Assembly (NCBI GenBank): GCA_973895155.1 | Contig: OZ316898.1 | Coordinates: 1,180,751 to 1,244,750 of the forward strand | Source: Marsupella aquatica | Taxonomy: Eukaryota > Plantae > Marchantiophyta | Direction: 5' to 3' | DNA: 64,000 nucleotides | Shown: positions 23,301 through 36,500 of the stretch, in pieces | Layout of the letters: each line of letters begins with the position of its first letter | How positions within the stretch are numbered: the stretch's first letter is position 1 | Position numbers and translations under genes: made by a program | Notes under the pieces: model-generated | Told to the model about the DNA's origin: nothing | Database searches by the model: none | The model's input: only the letters and a program-made list of their open reading frames with translations

Positions 23301-24659
23301 AGGGGTTCACTCAAGAGAAAGGAGTGGACTACAATGAGGTCTTTTCACCGGTGACTAAGTATTCCACAATTCAGATCTTGTGTCAGCTTGTTGTATTTTT
23401 TGGTCTGGTGATGGATCAGATGGATGTTGTTACTGCCTTTCTCTATGGCAACTTGGAAGAGTTGATCTTCATGAGACAGCCACTAGGCTTTATGAAGAAA
23501 GGCCAAGAGAACTTAGTTTGCAGATTGCTCAAATCCTTGTATGGATTAAAGCAGTCTCCCAGACAGTGGAACAAACGGTTTGATGATTTCATGCTTGCTC
23601 AAGGTTTTACAAGGATGGTGTATGATCCTTGTGTGTATACGAAATCCGTCAAGAATGATGTATTTGGTTTCATCATTCTGGTGATTTATGTGGATGACAT
23701 GCTGATTGTGGCTAAAGATCAATCTGAGGTTGACAGTCTCAAGGCAAAATTGAGTGCTGAATTCAGGATGAAGGATCTTGGTAAGGCCAAGAGGATCTTA
23801 GGGATGGAGATTTTTAGGAACTCTGAGACTGGACAGTTGTGCTTGAGTCAAGGCCAGTATGCGAGGAAAGTACTTGCACGATTCAACATGGAGAACTGTA
23901 AGCCAGTGAGTATTCCTTTAGCTTCATATTTCAAGTTATCATCGGCTTTCTCTCCTACGGATGCTGTGGAGAAAGGTCTGATGGCTAAGATTTCTTATGA
24001 GAAGGCAATAGGCAGTCTGATGTATTTGATGACTTGTACTAGGCCTGACTTGGCACTAGCTAGCGATGGGCAAGGTTAGCAGATTTATGTCAAATCCAGG
24101 GAAGGTACATTGGGAAGCTGTGAAATGGATTCTCAGGTATGTGAAGGGAACACAGGACTATGGATTACTATTTGATAACAGATCAGATAGAACGTTGGTT
24201 GGCTATGTAGATTCTGACTATGGAGGCTGTCTGGATACAAGGAGGTCTACAACTGGGTTTGTTTACATTCTTGGAGGAGGATGTATCAGTTGGAAATTTA
24301 CCTTGTAGAAGTGCATATCTCAGTCTACTACAGAAGCAGAGTATGTTGCAGCAGCAGAAACAGCAAAGGAAGCAATTTGGTTGGATAAGTTGATCGCGGA
24401 GATGGGTTTAGAGCATGGAAAAATGACTCTAAACTGTGATAGTCAGAGTGCTCTTCACTTGGCTGCTAACCAGGTGATGGATAGCAGGGTGAAGCACATT
24501 GATATCAGGTACCATTTTATCAGGCAAGTAGTGTCTGATAAAACTTTTGAGCTAATCAAGATTGATGGAAAGCTCAATCCCGCTGATGCCTTTACCAAAG
24601 TGATTCCTTTGGAGAGTTTCTCAAGACACCGTGCTACTTTGCAGGTTTTGCAGTTGTAG
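20381..24659 (+). pseudogene. Copia gag-pol of element 2, with several nonsense codons and a frameshift
   Basis: ORF pieces 20456-21073, 21200-21436, 21626-23116, 23144-24079, 24066-24308 and 24381-24659 carry gag, INT, RT and RH motifs. Confidence 0.95.
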
Positions 24660-24855
24660 TGCAAGTAGAGTTATTTAGCAATGTGTGACTATTTGTATAT
24701 GGATTACTCATTCCTGTTAGGCTACGGCTTAGTTCTAGTTAACCCTTAGTTAACCCTTGTGGTTTTTAGGGGGAGACCTGGTTTGGTGATTGTCTAGAAC
24801 TTCCCGCTGAGGATTCCATATGGTAGCATTTAGTCCAGTCCCCAAGACAAGAGTC

Positions 24856-24864
24856 AAGGGGGAG
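24856..24864 (+). promoter_or_regulatory. Polypurine tract
   Basis: AAGGGGGAG just upstream of the 3' LTR. Confidence 0.9.
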
Positions 24865-24866
24865 TT

Positions 24867-25210
24867 TGTTAGATATTGCTCTAGTCTTGTGACTCTTGTG
24901 CTAACCACAGTTAGGCTAACTCGGGTTAGGACCTAGCTAAGGTTAGCGGTAGTGCTGTTGTGCATATAGCCAGGGCTGATGCCAGACCCTGGTGGAACAA
25001 AGGCTCATTGTTATGGAGCTAGTTGAGAGATAGGGAGAGCTTGTGCTATGGATGCTTGGTATGGCCGATCGGCCTAGAGTGCAGTAAAGCTCTTGTGTGT
25101 TCCCGTGGACGTAGCCTCATGTGGAGGTGAACCACGTATCTCTCTGTGTCGACTATTGTGCGTTGGATGGTTCATGGGCTTGCAGTTACGAATGTTGTCT
25201 ATGCTCAACA
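24867..25210 (+). repeat. 3' LTR of element 2
   Basis: Direct repeat of 19657-20000. Confidence 0.97.
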
Positions 25211-26763
25211 AAGGAGAGGAAAGACGAAAAGCCCAAAATCTCAAAAGCCAAAGAGCCAATAAATGAGGGGAAATAAGACTCTAACGTTCTTAAACAAATT
25301 TTTTGGAGTTCTTCCTTAGAATTGTCCAATAAAATGACTTATACTTTGCCCCACGGATATGATGTGCCGTTATGAAGGAAGCAAGATCCCCACCTGGCGC
25401 ATGTCTGCCTCCATAGGGAGAGCAGGGGGTTGTGGCTGTTACTGTCTTCCTCCAAAGGGAGGCCGGCTATTTAATTTGTCCAATGGCCGCGGCATGCACA
25501 ACAGGTGACAGGGAGGGGAAGGGGGGAGGAAAAAGGAGGGAAAGGAGAGAGAAATGGGGTAATGGGGCAAGAAATGTGGGGGGGGGGGGGGAGGAAAGGG
25601 AATGGTAGGAGAGGATAAAAGGGGGAAAATGGAAAAAGCAATAACCAGTCCTACCTAAGTAACCCATCTTGCCCATCCCTGGAGCCAACTTGGCCTCCTT
25701 ATGATTGAAATACTTGCAGCAACTCTTGCCCTTGCAACCCTCCCTTGCTCACCCTTCTGGCAAATGGCCAGTTGCACTGCAAGGTGCCATATATAGCACC
25801 CGGGTAACTATGCAACTCCCCTTTTTATAAGGCAAGTTTTGAATTCATTATAATTGACCATCTTGGATTTCATTTTAGTCTAGTAAAGTCTTGTACCTCT
25901 CAATTCAAGGAATCCAAAAACGTAAGTTAAAAAAAAACTGAACATGTTTGGATGTATAAAATGCTGATCAAAACCAAATTATATGGCTTTTTTTAATAGA
26001 GGGGTCTATAGCCAAACTAGCCAGCTTTTTAGGATTTGTATTGAAATTTGAAAAATCTTTTCATAAAAATTACAAGATGTAGAGAAATGTTTTTTATTTT
26101 CATATGCCTGGAAAAAGAAGAAAAACAAACCTTTTATATGACTTGAAAATTTTCAAAAGTGGAAAATCAAGCTTTTTACAAATTTTGATTATTTTGTATA
26201 GCCAACTTTTTAGTATATAAAAATCAATGTATACAAGATATGCGTACGGACAATAGAAAGGTCCTTTCCACTATGTTTTGCATCAACCGGATATGACTAA
26301 CACCCCTGACAACATTTTCATCGCAACACTTATTTTCCTCTATGACTAATCCTTGCCTTGACAAAATGTGCCTCAATGACTTACTTGTCTCACTTGCATT
26401 TCTTTGTCTCACTTTGGCATTTTTGTGCCATGAACAGAATAATACAATTGCTACAATTTATAACGTGGAGCCACACATGTACATTGGTTGGCTAAGCACA
26501 TGCCCTCAAATTTGTATTAATGTCGGCACCTTACCCATTATATGTTGATTGAGATGATTGACTTTTACATATGGCATCTTTCTTTATTCATTGCACATTA
26601 AACTACATCGTCAGAAATTTGCATGTCGTCGCTTGATGTAGTTGTGTACTGCAAACGTACATATGTGGAATCCATTTCCAATTTGAAGTCTCTGGACGAT
26701 GGATGTTCTGTTTATGTACGTGGAGTTTAATTCACTCGATCTCGATAACAATATTACCAAGCA

Positions 26764-27124
26764 ACCAATTGGCTTAGGTCAATTGGCTAGGGGATTTGCC
26801 TGGAACTGAGAGGTCCCAGGTTCAATCCCCCCTCCACACACTGGGGTGTGGAGGGTATTTGTGTGTGGGTGGGATGTGTGTGGAGGGTATTTGTGTGTGG
26901 GTGGGATGGGTTTTGTGGGTAGTGGATTGGAGTTCTGATTATCTGCCCGGCCCCTGGTCGTCCACTTTGTGGCCCTGATTTAATCCTCTCTCTTTCCTGG
27001 TGCGGGTCCTTGTCGGATCCGTTGGGGCTCACCCTGGTCTGGGTTCCCTACAGAAAAACTGTCACATTGGGATGGGGGGAGTCTAATTGTATTTCCTCCC
27101 CATTTCCGTTCAAGACAAAAAAAA
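26764..27124 (+). mobile_element. tRNA-derived SINE (~360 bp)
   Basis: Box A-like TAGGTCAATTGG, box B GGTTCAATCCC, 3' oligo(A), 17-bp TSD AACAATATTACCAAGCA (26747-26763, 27125-27141). Confidence 0.9.
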
Positions 27125-27591
27125 AACAATATTACCAAGCAGCGTATACTCCTAGACGACTTTGTAATAACTTACCCTATGTATCGATCGAGCTCGAAAG
27201 CGGGCGGAAAACTTGAAAATGACTTTGATGTATTATAAAAAAGGACAATCCATAAACAATGCCGTCAAAGGAATCCCTGCAAGGAAAACTCCTTTTGAAA
27301 TTTCCTCAAAGTTCACATGTTTTGTTTAATCCTGGACGAGCGAATCTTCCTAGGTTTATCCACGGTTTAGCTCTCCCTTTTCTTTAAAGCCACTCTATCT
27401 GTAGATTTTTCCTCATTGTACACGTCGTTTACTTCTAGTTGAGATTCGGAGTATGATGCTGAAATGGCTGCTTATGTACAGTAGCTTGTTCCACACATCC
27501 CCAACTCATCCTCGACTAACGTTTTAATATTATAATGTGAAAAACTTGGGTCGGTTCTATTAAATTATACTGCATATGGAAGATTGCACTG

Positions 27592-30500
27592 TCACGGATT
27601 TGTATAAGCAGGGTTATGGACACAGTCAGCGCTCCGACCAGGTCCTCCATAATAGTAATAGGAAGCCCAACTGCTGAAGTTTGTACCCTTCTCAACCGAG
27701 TAGCAGCTTGAATTAGTGTCTGATACAATAAAAGGCGCATCTACCAAAGCGTTGTTCTGATTAATATACTGCAGATTTCTCATGTATGCTGCCTTACCAT
27801 AACCCTCATTTGCGAAGTGACCACTGCCCATCTGCGTGGTCGTATGGACATTTCCGTCGGCTGGCTCATCGTCAATGATCTCCCCATACCAGATCACACG
27901 TTCTGCGAATGCAAACGAGTAGTTCGTGTAGATGCTCGTTGGCCAGTACCCTACATACTCATCGTTAAGCTGTAGCCACCAGTCTCCTGTTCCATCGTCC
28001 TACAAGCATACAGCAAGTGGAACTTGTCAACAGTATGGGTAAAGTATCCAATCATGCGCCTAGCATTTGATCCTTATTGAGGGCCAAATCCTGACCAGGT
28101 CAAAGCTCTAGCTCGACCCCTGGCGATTGCATCACGAGCTGGGCCGGCTCAGTTACCAGTGGAAACAGTCATTTTGGTGGTGCAGGTATATACGGAACAA
28201 TCCGACGATTGTTGATTGATGTACTAGAAGCAAACGATGCATTCTCAATAGCCCCACAGAAGTGGGATGCGGCACGGTATTTACAGACCTTGAACACACG
28301 CAGTTTTATCTCATACTGCTGACCCGACCTCGTGGAGATGTTTGCGAAGGAGCCTCCAGCCAGCACCGTGTTGCTTACTTGCACAAAGCCGGGACAGTCC
28401 AGATCATAACAACCAGTTGCATTATAAAGATCAGCCTGCAAAATTACCACGTATATTTAATTTGAAGAGATGATTTGTCGACCAATTAGTTTATCCGAGC
28501 TTCAATGCTTTGACAGTGCTAGCTCCGTTGCACCATGGTTCGTTCATCATGACACCAAATGTTTGTGTGGTCCTTGCTGCCGTTGTAGAAGTTTTACTTC
28601 TTGCACGCACTACAGATGGGCTTTATAGTATTATCGGTTAGGCTGAACCCTAAACCCTAAGCTCAGCAGCTGAAGTAACATGCTTGCAAACTTTACACGC
28701 TGAAAATATATCAAAAGAGAAATGTACCGTCCAGGACACAAAAAGCCGGGGAAGGTCATCTCCACCGACGGCGCCGTAATTCTGTCACATACCAATCCGT
28801 TAGTCGCTCTTAGAGAGTCATGAGTCTAGTCGATTACTAATGTGAAGTTTATTCCTGGATAAGGTTCAATTGGAATATTAGACACTGTAGATTGGTAGCT
28901 AGTTACTATCTTCGGAAAAAAATCGATAAGTTTGACAATTATGTGTATATAGAGTTGAATGTCGTCGTTCCAATGAAGACAGCTCAGAGACTACAAGAAT
29001 GTGCTCTAATGAGCTACAAGAACCGTAGAGCTCGACAATGGACGATATCAATCATTATTCGACATATCGACTTCAGGAGAAGGAATGCACAAAAATGCGA
29101 CAGTGATGAATTTTCTTTTTATGTCAGCAAATTAAGCCTGAAGGGTAGGTGGGTGTGTGGGTTTGTGGGCAGCACCCCCGGCAGCACTTGGTTGCCCGCT
29201 TCCACAGTGTTAGGTCCTGCTGTCAACGAAAGTTGACCCAAGCTGAACTCGTGTGAAATGCTTTCCACTTGTGGTTTCCATATATTGAGGAAGACCTCCG
29301 TTCCCTTGTAGGCTCCTGGTGCTTTGGAATAATCGAGCTCTCCTGAGCCATACTGCGTTAGATATCCCAAGCTACAAGTTAACCAAACAAATGACTGAAA
29401 GTTTCGTGTGCAGTCTTGTGTCTACATTAGATGTTATACAACAATGACTAAGAAACCTTTTTGAATTTTTCTCTCGTTAAATCATTCATTGTTCAGTTGG
29501 ATCAGCATGCATTATTAGCTAAATTGACAAGAGTGGTATATGCGTACTTCATGAGGAGCGCTTGAATTGTTCCAGTATAAAGCTTGCCCTGGCATCCTCT
29601 TACTGGAGCGTACCCTCGCGCTTCCTCCTTGGACAACGCCGCGCACTGGGATGGTGCCATTGACGCACCCGTCCGCCACCAAAGCGATTGTCTGCTGGGC
29701 AAGCCTCACACCGTGGGTATCGGACGAGGAATTCCCAAGTGTTATCACGGTTGTGGGATACCTCTGCGCATGGATCAGAATAATTAACGGATATGATCGG
29801 TTACCAGCCATTCAGTAGAGAGCGGCAGCCAATGAAATTAAGCCCAAACGCAGCAGCAGTTGTTAATATCCTGGGCTAATTATACGAAATAGGAGTTCCA
29901 TGGAGAAATGGATTTCTAAGACGTACATTGTATGTTTTGTTGCCCCCGAGCGAAACTTGCGCTTCAATTGGGATGCATGTCACATTGTCACCGTCGGGTA
30001 GCTAGCTGACCATGCATACACAGGTGAGAAATAAATAGAACAGTCAAGAATCTGTAGTGAACTGTGTCACTATACATTCAACATCCATATGTAATCAGTC
30101 ATCATACAATTTTGACACATTATATAATGCAACGGTAAACGATATTCATGTACTACTTTCCGTGAAGCAAGGTCTTACTTACTTCACGCTTGAAGTACAT
30201 TGGTGCCTTGAAGTCCAGCTTAAGATCGACACAAGGAAATCTTATGAGTTTCTTGTACTCAGACTGAACGAGTAGCTTGTGTTCTCAAAAGTTCAAGAAC
30301 GTTTGTTGACTACTAGGACGAGGCTGATCAACTTCTATGGAGTTAATGTCCTTGTACGCCTGGTCCCGACGGATTTGCACAAAGCGACTGTGTTATCCTT
30401 TCTTTCTCTAAGCTGCGAGATGGAACTAGCTTAAAACGAAGTCATGCAAGTGTACATCAGAGATTGTTGACCATCCAACGCCACTCCACCTTATTTTGAC

Positions 30501-31342
30501 CCCGACAAACCAAACTGGACTTACGGGCGGATGCACTGGAAATTTGGTTCGTGCCTCCCGCGCACTCAATACTCGTACGATAGCTAATGGATCTCGGCTC
30601 TTATTTAAGAAGCTAGTAAATTATTTCTTCGAATTGAATCGATCCAAGTTAATACAATTTAAAGATCTTGCCTCTAGCATTCTCATCGGGATTCTTATTC
30701 GCAGAGATCTACTGCGTCGAGCAACCAATGATGACAGCCGAGGTGCTTAACGTAGTAAAGAGCCAGCTAGTACGTACAGGTCGTGCTGAAAACGAATGAT
30801 GACAGTCAAGTCTTTGTCGCTCACCGTTCACAACGAAAGACCCCAGTCAGAATGTGGAAGAAATGCGAATTACTAATCAATACCATCGCCCAGAGCTTGG
30901 CTTCTGTCAGCCAACTGGGTACTAAAATCGAAGAATCTTTTGTTCATGCATCTGGCACCTGCTAACTTATTCCTATCAAAGGGGGATGCTGGGAGCTCAA
31001 AATTCAATTCTTGTACTCTTTGGGAAAATTTGTGATATAAACTTTACTAAACGCGATCCAATTATGTCAGGTGAACTGTATACACAAAAGTAAACTGGTG
31101 AAACTACTGACTAAACATATCCACCTTTAATATATTTCCGAGTATATGTATGGACGGTGGGGAAACGCAATCAATAGTTTAGCCGTCTATTTAGCTAAGA
31201 AAGATCTACTACCGAGTTAGCAACGTCTTACCAAAAAATTACGGTAACCGACAGACGCCACAGCAATGTTGGAAGCAGCACTCCACAGGCTCATAACCAA
31301 GAGCAGTCCCACACGAGCTCTCTTTGAAACCACTGCCTCCAT
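27592..31342 (-). CDS. Neprosin-family secreted glutamic peptidase, copy 1; exons 31232-31342, 29927-30001, 29548-29763, 29188-29352, 28728-28781, 28289-28435, 27592-27999 (~391 aa)
   Basis: Signal peptide MEAVVSKRARVGLLLVMSLWSAA; pro-peptide PDGDNVTCIP and CVNGTIPVR; catalytic domain EFSLGQ, NTVEAG, GCYDLDCPGFVQ, GDWWL, VGYWP, WYGEI, TQMGSGHF, YYGGPG. All introns GT-AG, phase 0. Confidence 0.88.
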
Positions 31343-31669
31343 ATCGACAGGTCTGAAAGGTCGTCAGTGCAGTATCCGTTACTGATCAATGATGGAGATG
31401 AGGATGGATATCTCTAGCTATTATGTACTAGGACAAATTGTCCACCCAGGGGAGCCGACAGTCAGGTTCGTAAAAACAGCCAATTCAGTATTAATTCTTT
31501 ACTGATCAACGGAGAGGACACATAAATCTGGTGGGACGGCTTCTCGTGCTCAAGGCGGCTGTAGCCCGGGGCTGTAGCTTTAGCTTGTCGATATAATCGC
31601 CTGCCTTTTCAATTTCAGATTTTAATCGTTGAGTATAACCTAGTTCATCAACTGAGGGTATACATTGCA

Positions 31670-32790
31670 GATTGCACCCTAGAACTTGTCACCCCAAAGC
31701 GTGGAGTTTGAGTTGGTATCGGTCAAAACACACTCGATACTCTAACTGACGAGGCTTTTTTTCCTGGCTCCCCCATGGCGCTTCTGTTTTCAGTGGTTCA
31801 CTTTGTTCTCATTTCGATCCCTCCTCACTTCGTGTGAGCCCCTCTGGGCTTTGTTTTCAACTGTTACTTAGATTGAGGATTTTCCCTCGCTGAAGTTGCC
31901 TTTAGCAAGCCTTGCCAGGATTGATAACAAGGCACGTTCGAAAGAGACGAGCAGAACATGAATGAAATACTTAGTTTATTCCTGGGGGTCAAGATGGGCC
32001 AAATGACTTTAGACACCCCCCAAGTTAGTATTGACAAGTACGGGAGCAAAAAGATATTTAATTGATAGTCCTGATTAAAGTTTTGTTACAAACTAGTCCA
32101 TGATTAAGAGTTTGTTATAGAAAAGTCCCCAGAACTTTTGTCACAAACTAGTCCATTATTAAACTTTTGTTATAACCTAGTCCCCTGTCATGGATGTTCT
32201 TGTAAAGTTACTATAAAAAGATTTAGTTTGGTATTATCAACAATGAAAGTTACTGGAGTAAGTTTATAGTCAAACCATGTTAAATGACAAACTACCATGG
32301 AGTAACAATGGGTGTCACACAAACCGCACGTTCCTAATTGAAAACAATATGGTTCATGTCTTCAAGTTAGTACTTAGAATTTCTAACTTACATATATATA
32401 CTATCTGTCTTTAGGTTGTTTCACTCAAACCTATGTACAAGGTTTGCATGATGTTTGACCGGCCTGTAAAAGGAAACTTTGGCCAGGGAAGATCCTCATT
32501 TTAAGTAATAGCAGATGATAAGACCCAGACCACAGGTATCACACGAAATCAGAGGGGATCCAAATTAGCGGGAAAAGTGAACCACTGAAAACGGAAGCTC
32601 CAGGGGGGGCCAGGAGACAAGCCTCGTCAATTTGAGTATCGAGTGGATTTTGACCAGGACCAACTTAAACTCGAGGCTTGTTTGACGTTCTTGGAGTCGC
32701 ATACTTTAGGGGGCAAACTTCAAGGGATACGCCAGAATGCCACATGAAGTAAGGTTTACTCTGTCAACAATAAAAAAAATCTTGTATGAA
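31670..32790. repeat. Inverted repeat: neprosin upstream sequence (31670-31825) mirrored at ~32550-32790
   Basis: ggtcaaaa.cactcgatactc..a.tgacgaggct...gttttcagtggttcacttt is present in both orientations; a direct copy lies at 38090-38250. Confidence 0.75.
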
Positions 32791-33566
32791 GCCGTTGTTG
32801 TTAGTTGTGAGTACCTTCTCGATTGTAGCTCCTAGGTCATGATTGGCAACCAGATACTTGCCAATCATGTAGTGGTTTGTGCCCCTCGTCCCTTTAGAAG
32901 CGTGGAGTAAGAAAATTCAGAAATTTAATTTGTTGGAAGGTAATGTGGGGTGGATTATTTACAGGATCACAATATGGCAGGACCCTGCCCGGGCAGGCAC
33001 TCAAGGATTGCAACTCTTCAACCAACTGGGCAACCCACCAATAAAATTAAAGAAGTTTTTATTCTTGGATATAAAGTGGATTTTTAAAAGAAAAGTTTCC
33101 ATTCTTTAATAATAAGAGTTTTTTTTAATGGTAAGCCCTCACTCCTCTGGGGAATATATTTCAAATGTATTCAAAAACCAGAAAAAATTAATTAATTAAT
33201 TAATCGTTCCTGTCGTGCAACTGCTTGCACAATTGTGCTTGGACCCCCTAGCCTTCCTCAACCATAACGTTTTCACAACGCAACACACAACATAAAGTTT
33301 ATCAAACCAAACAACGAGACTTTTGCCTTCACAATTATGCCTGTACAAATAACACAATTGAAACAATAATTGAGATTAATTTGGAGGATCATGATGAAAT
33401 GCTCACTGGAATGTAGCTAATTAAATACATCCCAAGCTCATCCTGGAGACATGTTTGGGACAATGCAGACAAGGATAATCCAAAAATAGTCGTCATGATC
33501 CTATTTTCAAGGAGAAAATGGGTCAGCTTTTATTGAATTACAGGGCATGTACAGTAGACTGCAATG

Positions 33567-36500
33567 TCACGGGTTTGTGTACGCAGGGTCATGGACACAG
33601 GCAGCGTTACGACCAGGTCCTCCATAAAAGAAGTAGGAAGCCCAACTGCTGAAGTTCGTTCCCTTCTCAACCGAGTAACAGCTTGAATTAGTATCTGCTA
33701 AAAAGAAAGGCGCATCTACCAAAGTGTTGTTCTGATTAATGTACTGCACATTTCGCATGTATGATGCGTTACCGTAGCCCTCCTCGGCGAAGTGACCACT
33801 CCCCATCTGCGTGGTCGTATGGGCGTTTCCATCGACTGGCTCGTCATCAATGATCTCCCCATACCAGATGGCCGTTTCTGCGAATGTAAACGGGTAGTTT
33901 GTGTAGATGCTCTTTGGCCAGTACCCTACATACTCATCGTTAAGCTGTAGCCACCAGTCTCCTGTTCCATCGTCCTACAATCATCCAGCAAGTGGAATGT
34001 GTCAATTAAGAGTATGAACACAGAGTCGATCGTGCGCGTTAGGATCTGATCCTTACTGAGGCCAAATCCTGATATTGACGTTAAAGCTCTCGCCGGCGAT
34101 TGCATCACGAGCTGGGCCGGGCTCAGTAACCTGTCGAAACAGTCATTCTGGTGGGGCGAATATATAGCAAATGTACAATCCGACTATTGTTGAATCATGT
34201 ATTAGACACAAATGATGCATTCTCGATAGCGCCAGAAAAATGCGACGGTTCAGGGTAGTTCACAGATCGACCTTGAAGACACGTAGCTTTATGTCATACT
34301 GCTGACCCGACGTCGTGGAGATGTTTGCGAAGGAGCCTCCAACCAGCACCTTATTGCTTACTTGCACAAAGCCAGGACAGCTCAAATCATAACAACCAGA
34401 TGCATTATAGTTATCAGCCTGCAAAATTACCACATATGAAGAGATGATTTGTCAGCCAATTGAATTTATCCTAGTTTTGCTTTGACAGTCGAGCTGCCAA
34501 TGCCAGCTCCACTGCACCAGATCGATCTGTGCATCGTGAGACCAAATGTTGGTGTGATCCTTGCTGCTGTTCTAGAAATCTGACTTCTTGCACTACAGAT
34601 GGGTTTTATTAGAGCTTTATTGTTTAGGCTGAGCCCTAAACCTTAAAGCTCAGTAGATGATGTGACAGGAAAACTTGCAGGCACAGATCGAAAACATTCA
34701 ATTTAATTCCTAAAATCACTACGTTTCAATTGTTCTGACAGCTGCTGCGGATAGATTGTCTTTAACTAATGCATCAGGGTAAATGCAACTCGACTGAATT
34801 AATTGATTCCAAGACCTTATATAATTTTGGAACGGTTAAAATTTTGAAAGCGCATATATACGTAACACCCGTTACACATTCAGGATCAAGGGTAGTGGAA
34901 GAATGGGCAACTTGGGTCAGTATGTAAATATGCATCAGGTTGGGCATAATTGCTGGTGACGTTCTGTCTCGACTATCATGCTCAGAATAGAGATGGGAAT
35001 ATGTCAAAGAGAAGTATACCGTCCAGAACACAAAAAGCCGCGGAAGGTAATCTCCACCGACGACGCTGTAGATCTGTCACATTATTAAAAGAACTGAAAC
35101 TTAGGATACATTTAGACCATCTCATCGTACAGAACAGTTGTATTAGTCTTGCATTTAATCATTCGATCAGTCGATAACTGATCTGAAGTTTCTTCCTGAG
35201 TAAGTTTCAATTTGGCAATTTCGGACCGTACATTGGTAGTTAATTACTCACTTTGTAAATGATTCTATAAACTTGACAATTAATTATGTCTGTACAGAGC
35301 CGAATGTGTTCGTCCCAATGACGACAGTTCCGAGACTACAAGAATGCGCTCCACTGAGCCACAAGAACCGTAGCTACAGTAGATGATAGCACACAATGTC
35401 CAACACGTGCATCAACTTCAGGATCATGGTGTACACAAAAAGGCGATAGCGATGAATTTTCTCATTATTTCAACAAACCCCGATGGGTGGGTGCGTGCAA
35501 TTGTGGGCAGCACCTGGTTGCCCACTTCGATGGTGTTGGGTCCTGCTACCAACGCAAGTTGTCCCAAGCTGAACTCTTGGGAGTTTGCCACATATGGTTT
35601 CCATATATTGAGGAAGACCTCCGTTCCCTTGAAGGTTTGTGGTGCTTGAGAACTATCGAGCTGTCCTTGAGCATACTGCGTTACATATCAGAGGCTACAA
35701 GTTAACCAAACATGCAAGTGATAGCAAGTTTCGTGTCAGTGCAGCCTTGTTTCTTCAGTCGATGTTCTAGAACACTGACTAAGAAGGCTTTTTAATGTTT
35801 TTCCTCGTTCTCATCATCCTTTGCTCAGTTGGGAACTTCAATATTATTAGCTAAATTGACAAGAGCGGTAGATGCGTACTTCATGAGGAGCGGCTATAGA
35901 CGTGTCAGATGTTGAAGCTTGTCCTGGCATCTTCTTCCTGGAGCGTACCATCGCGCTACCTCCTTGGACAACGCCGCGCACTGGGATGGTGCCATTGAGG
36001 CACCCGTCCGCCACCAAAGCGATTGCCTGCTGGGCAAGCTTCGCACCGTGGGTCTCCGACGTGGAATTCCCTGGAATTATCACTGTTGTGGGATACCGCT
36101 GCGCATGGATCAGAATAATCCCAGCCATTCAGTACAAAGCGGCAGCCAATGAATCAAGCCCAAACGAAGCAGCCTGCAGTTGTTTGTTCAATATCCTGGG
36201 CTAATTCTATAGGAAATTGGATAGGAAATAGGAGTTCCATGGACAAATGGAACTCCAAGATCGACGTACATTGTATGTTTTGTTGGCCTCGAGCGAAACT
36301 TGCGCTTGAATCGGGATGCATGTCACATTGTCACTGTCCGGTAGCTGACAATGCATGACAGGTGAGAAATAAATAGAACGGTCAATAAATCTGTAGTGAA
36401 CACTAATACATTCAACATCCAAATCAGTCATCCTAAAATTTTGACACGTAAGAGACATAGACGGTAAAACGATGTTAATGTGATAGTTTCCATGTAACAA

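Larger units (their letters stand above)
19657..25210 (+). mobile_element. Full-length Ty1/Copia LTR retrotransposon (element 2)
   Basis: 344-bp LTRs TGTT...AACA, TSD AAGGA (19652-19656, 25211-25215), PBS, PPT, complete domain order. Confidence 0.97.

Noticed and set aside
1713-25210. Inversion mediated by the two inverted Copia copies
   Set aside because: Each element keeps its own matching TSD pair (TCCAG, AAGGA), so no exchange between them occurred.
26770-26835. Functional tRNA gene
   Set aside because: A and B boxes are present but no acceptor stem is evident; the body, oligo(A) and TSD show it is a SINE head.
30180-30960. Extra neprosin exons within intron 1 (and the equivalent 36510-37480)
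   Set aside because: Candidate exons contain stops or inconsistent phases between copies; exon 1 joins the PDGD exon in frame without them.
32828-32860. CATGATTGGCAA...TTGCCAATCATG hairpin as a miRNA precursor
   Set aside because: The 12-bp stem is too short and no known mature miRNA is recognisable.
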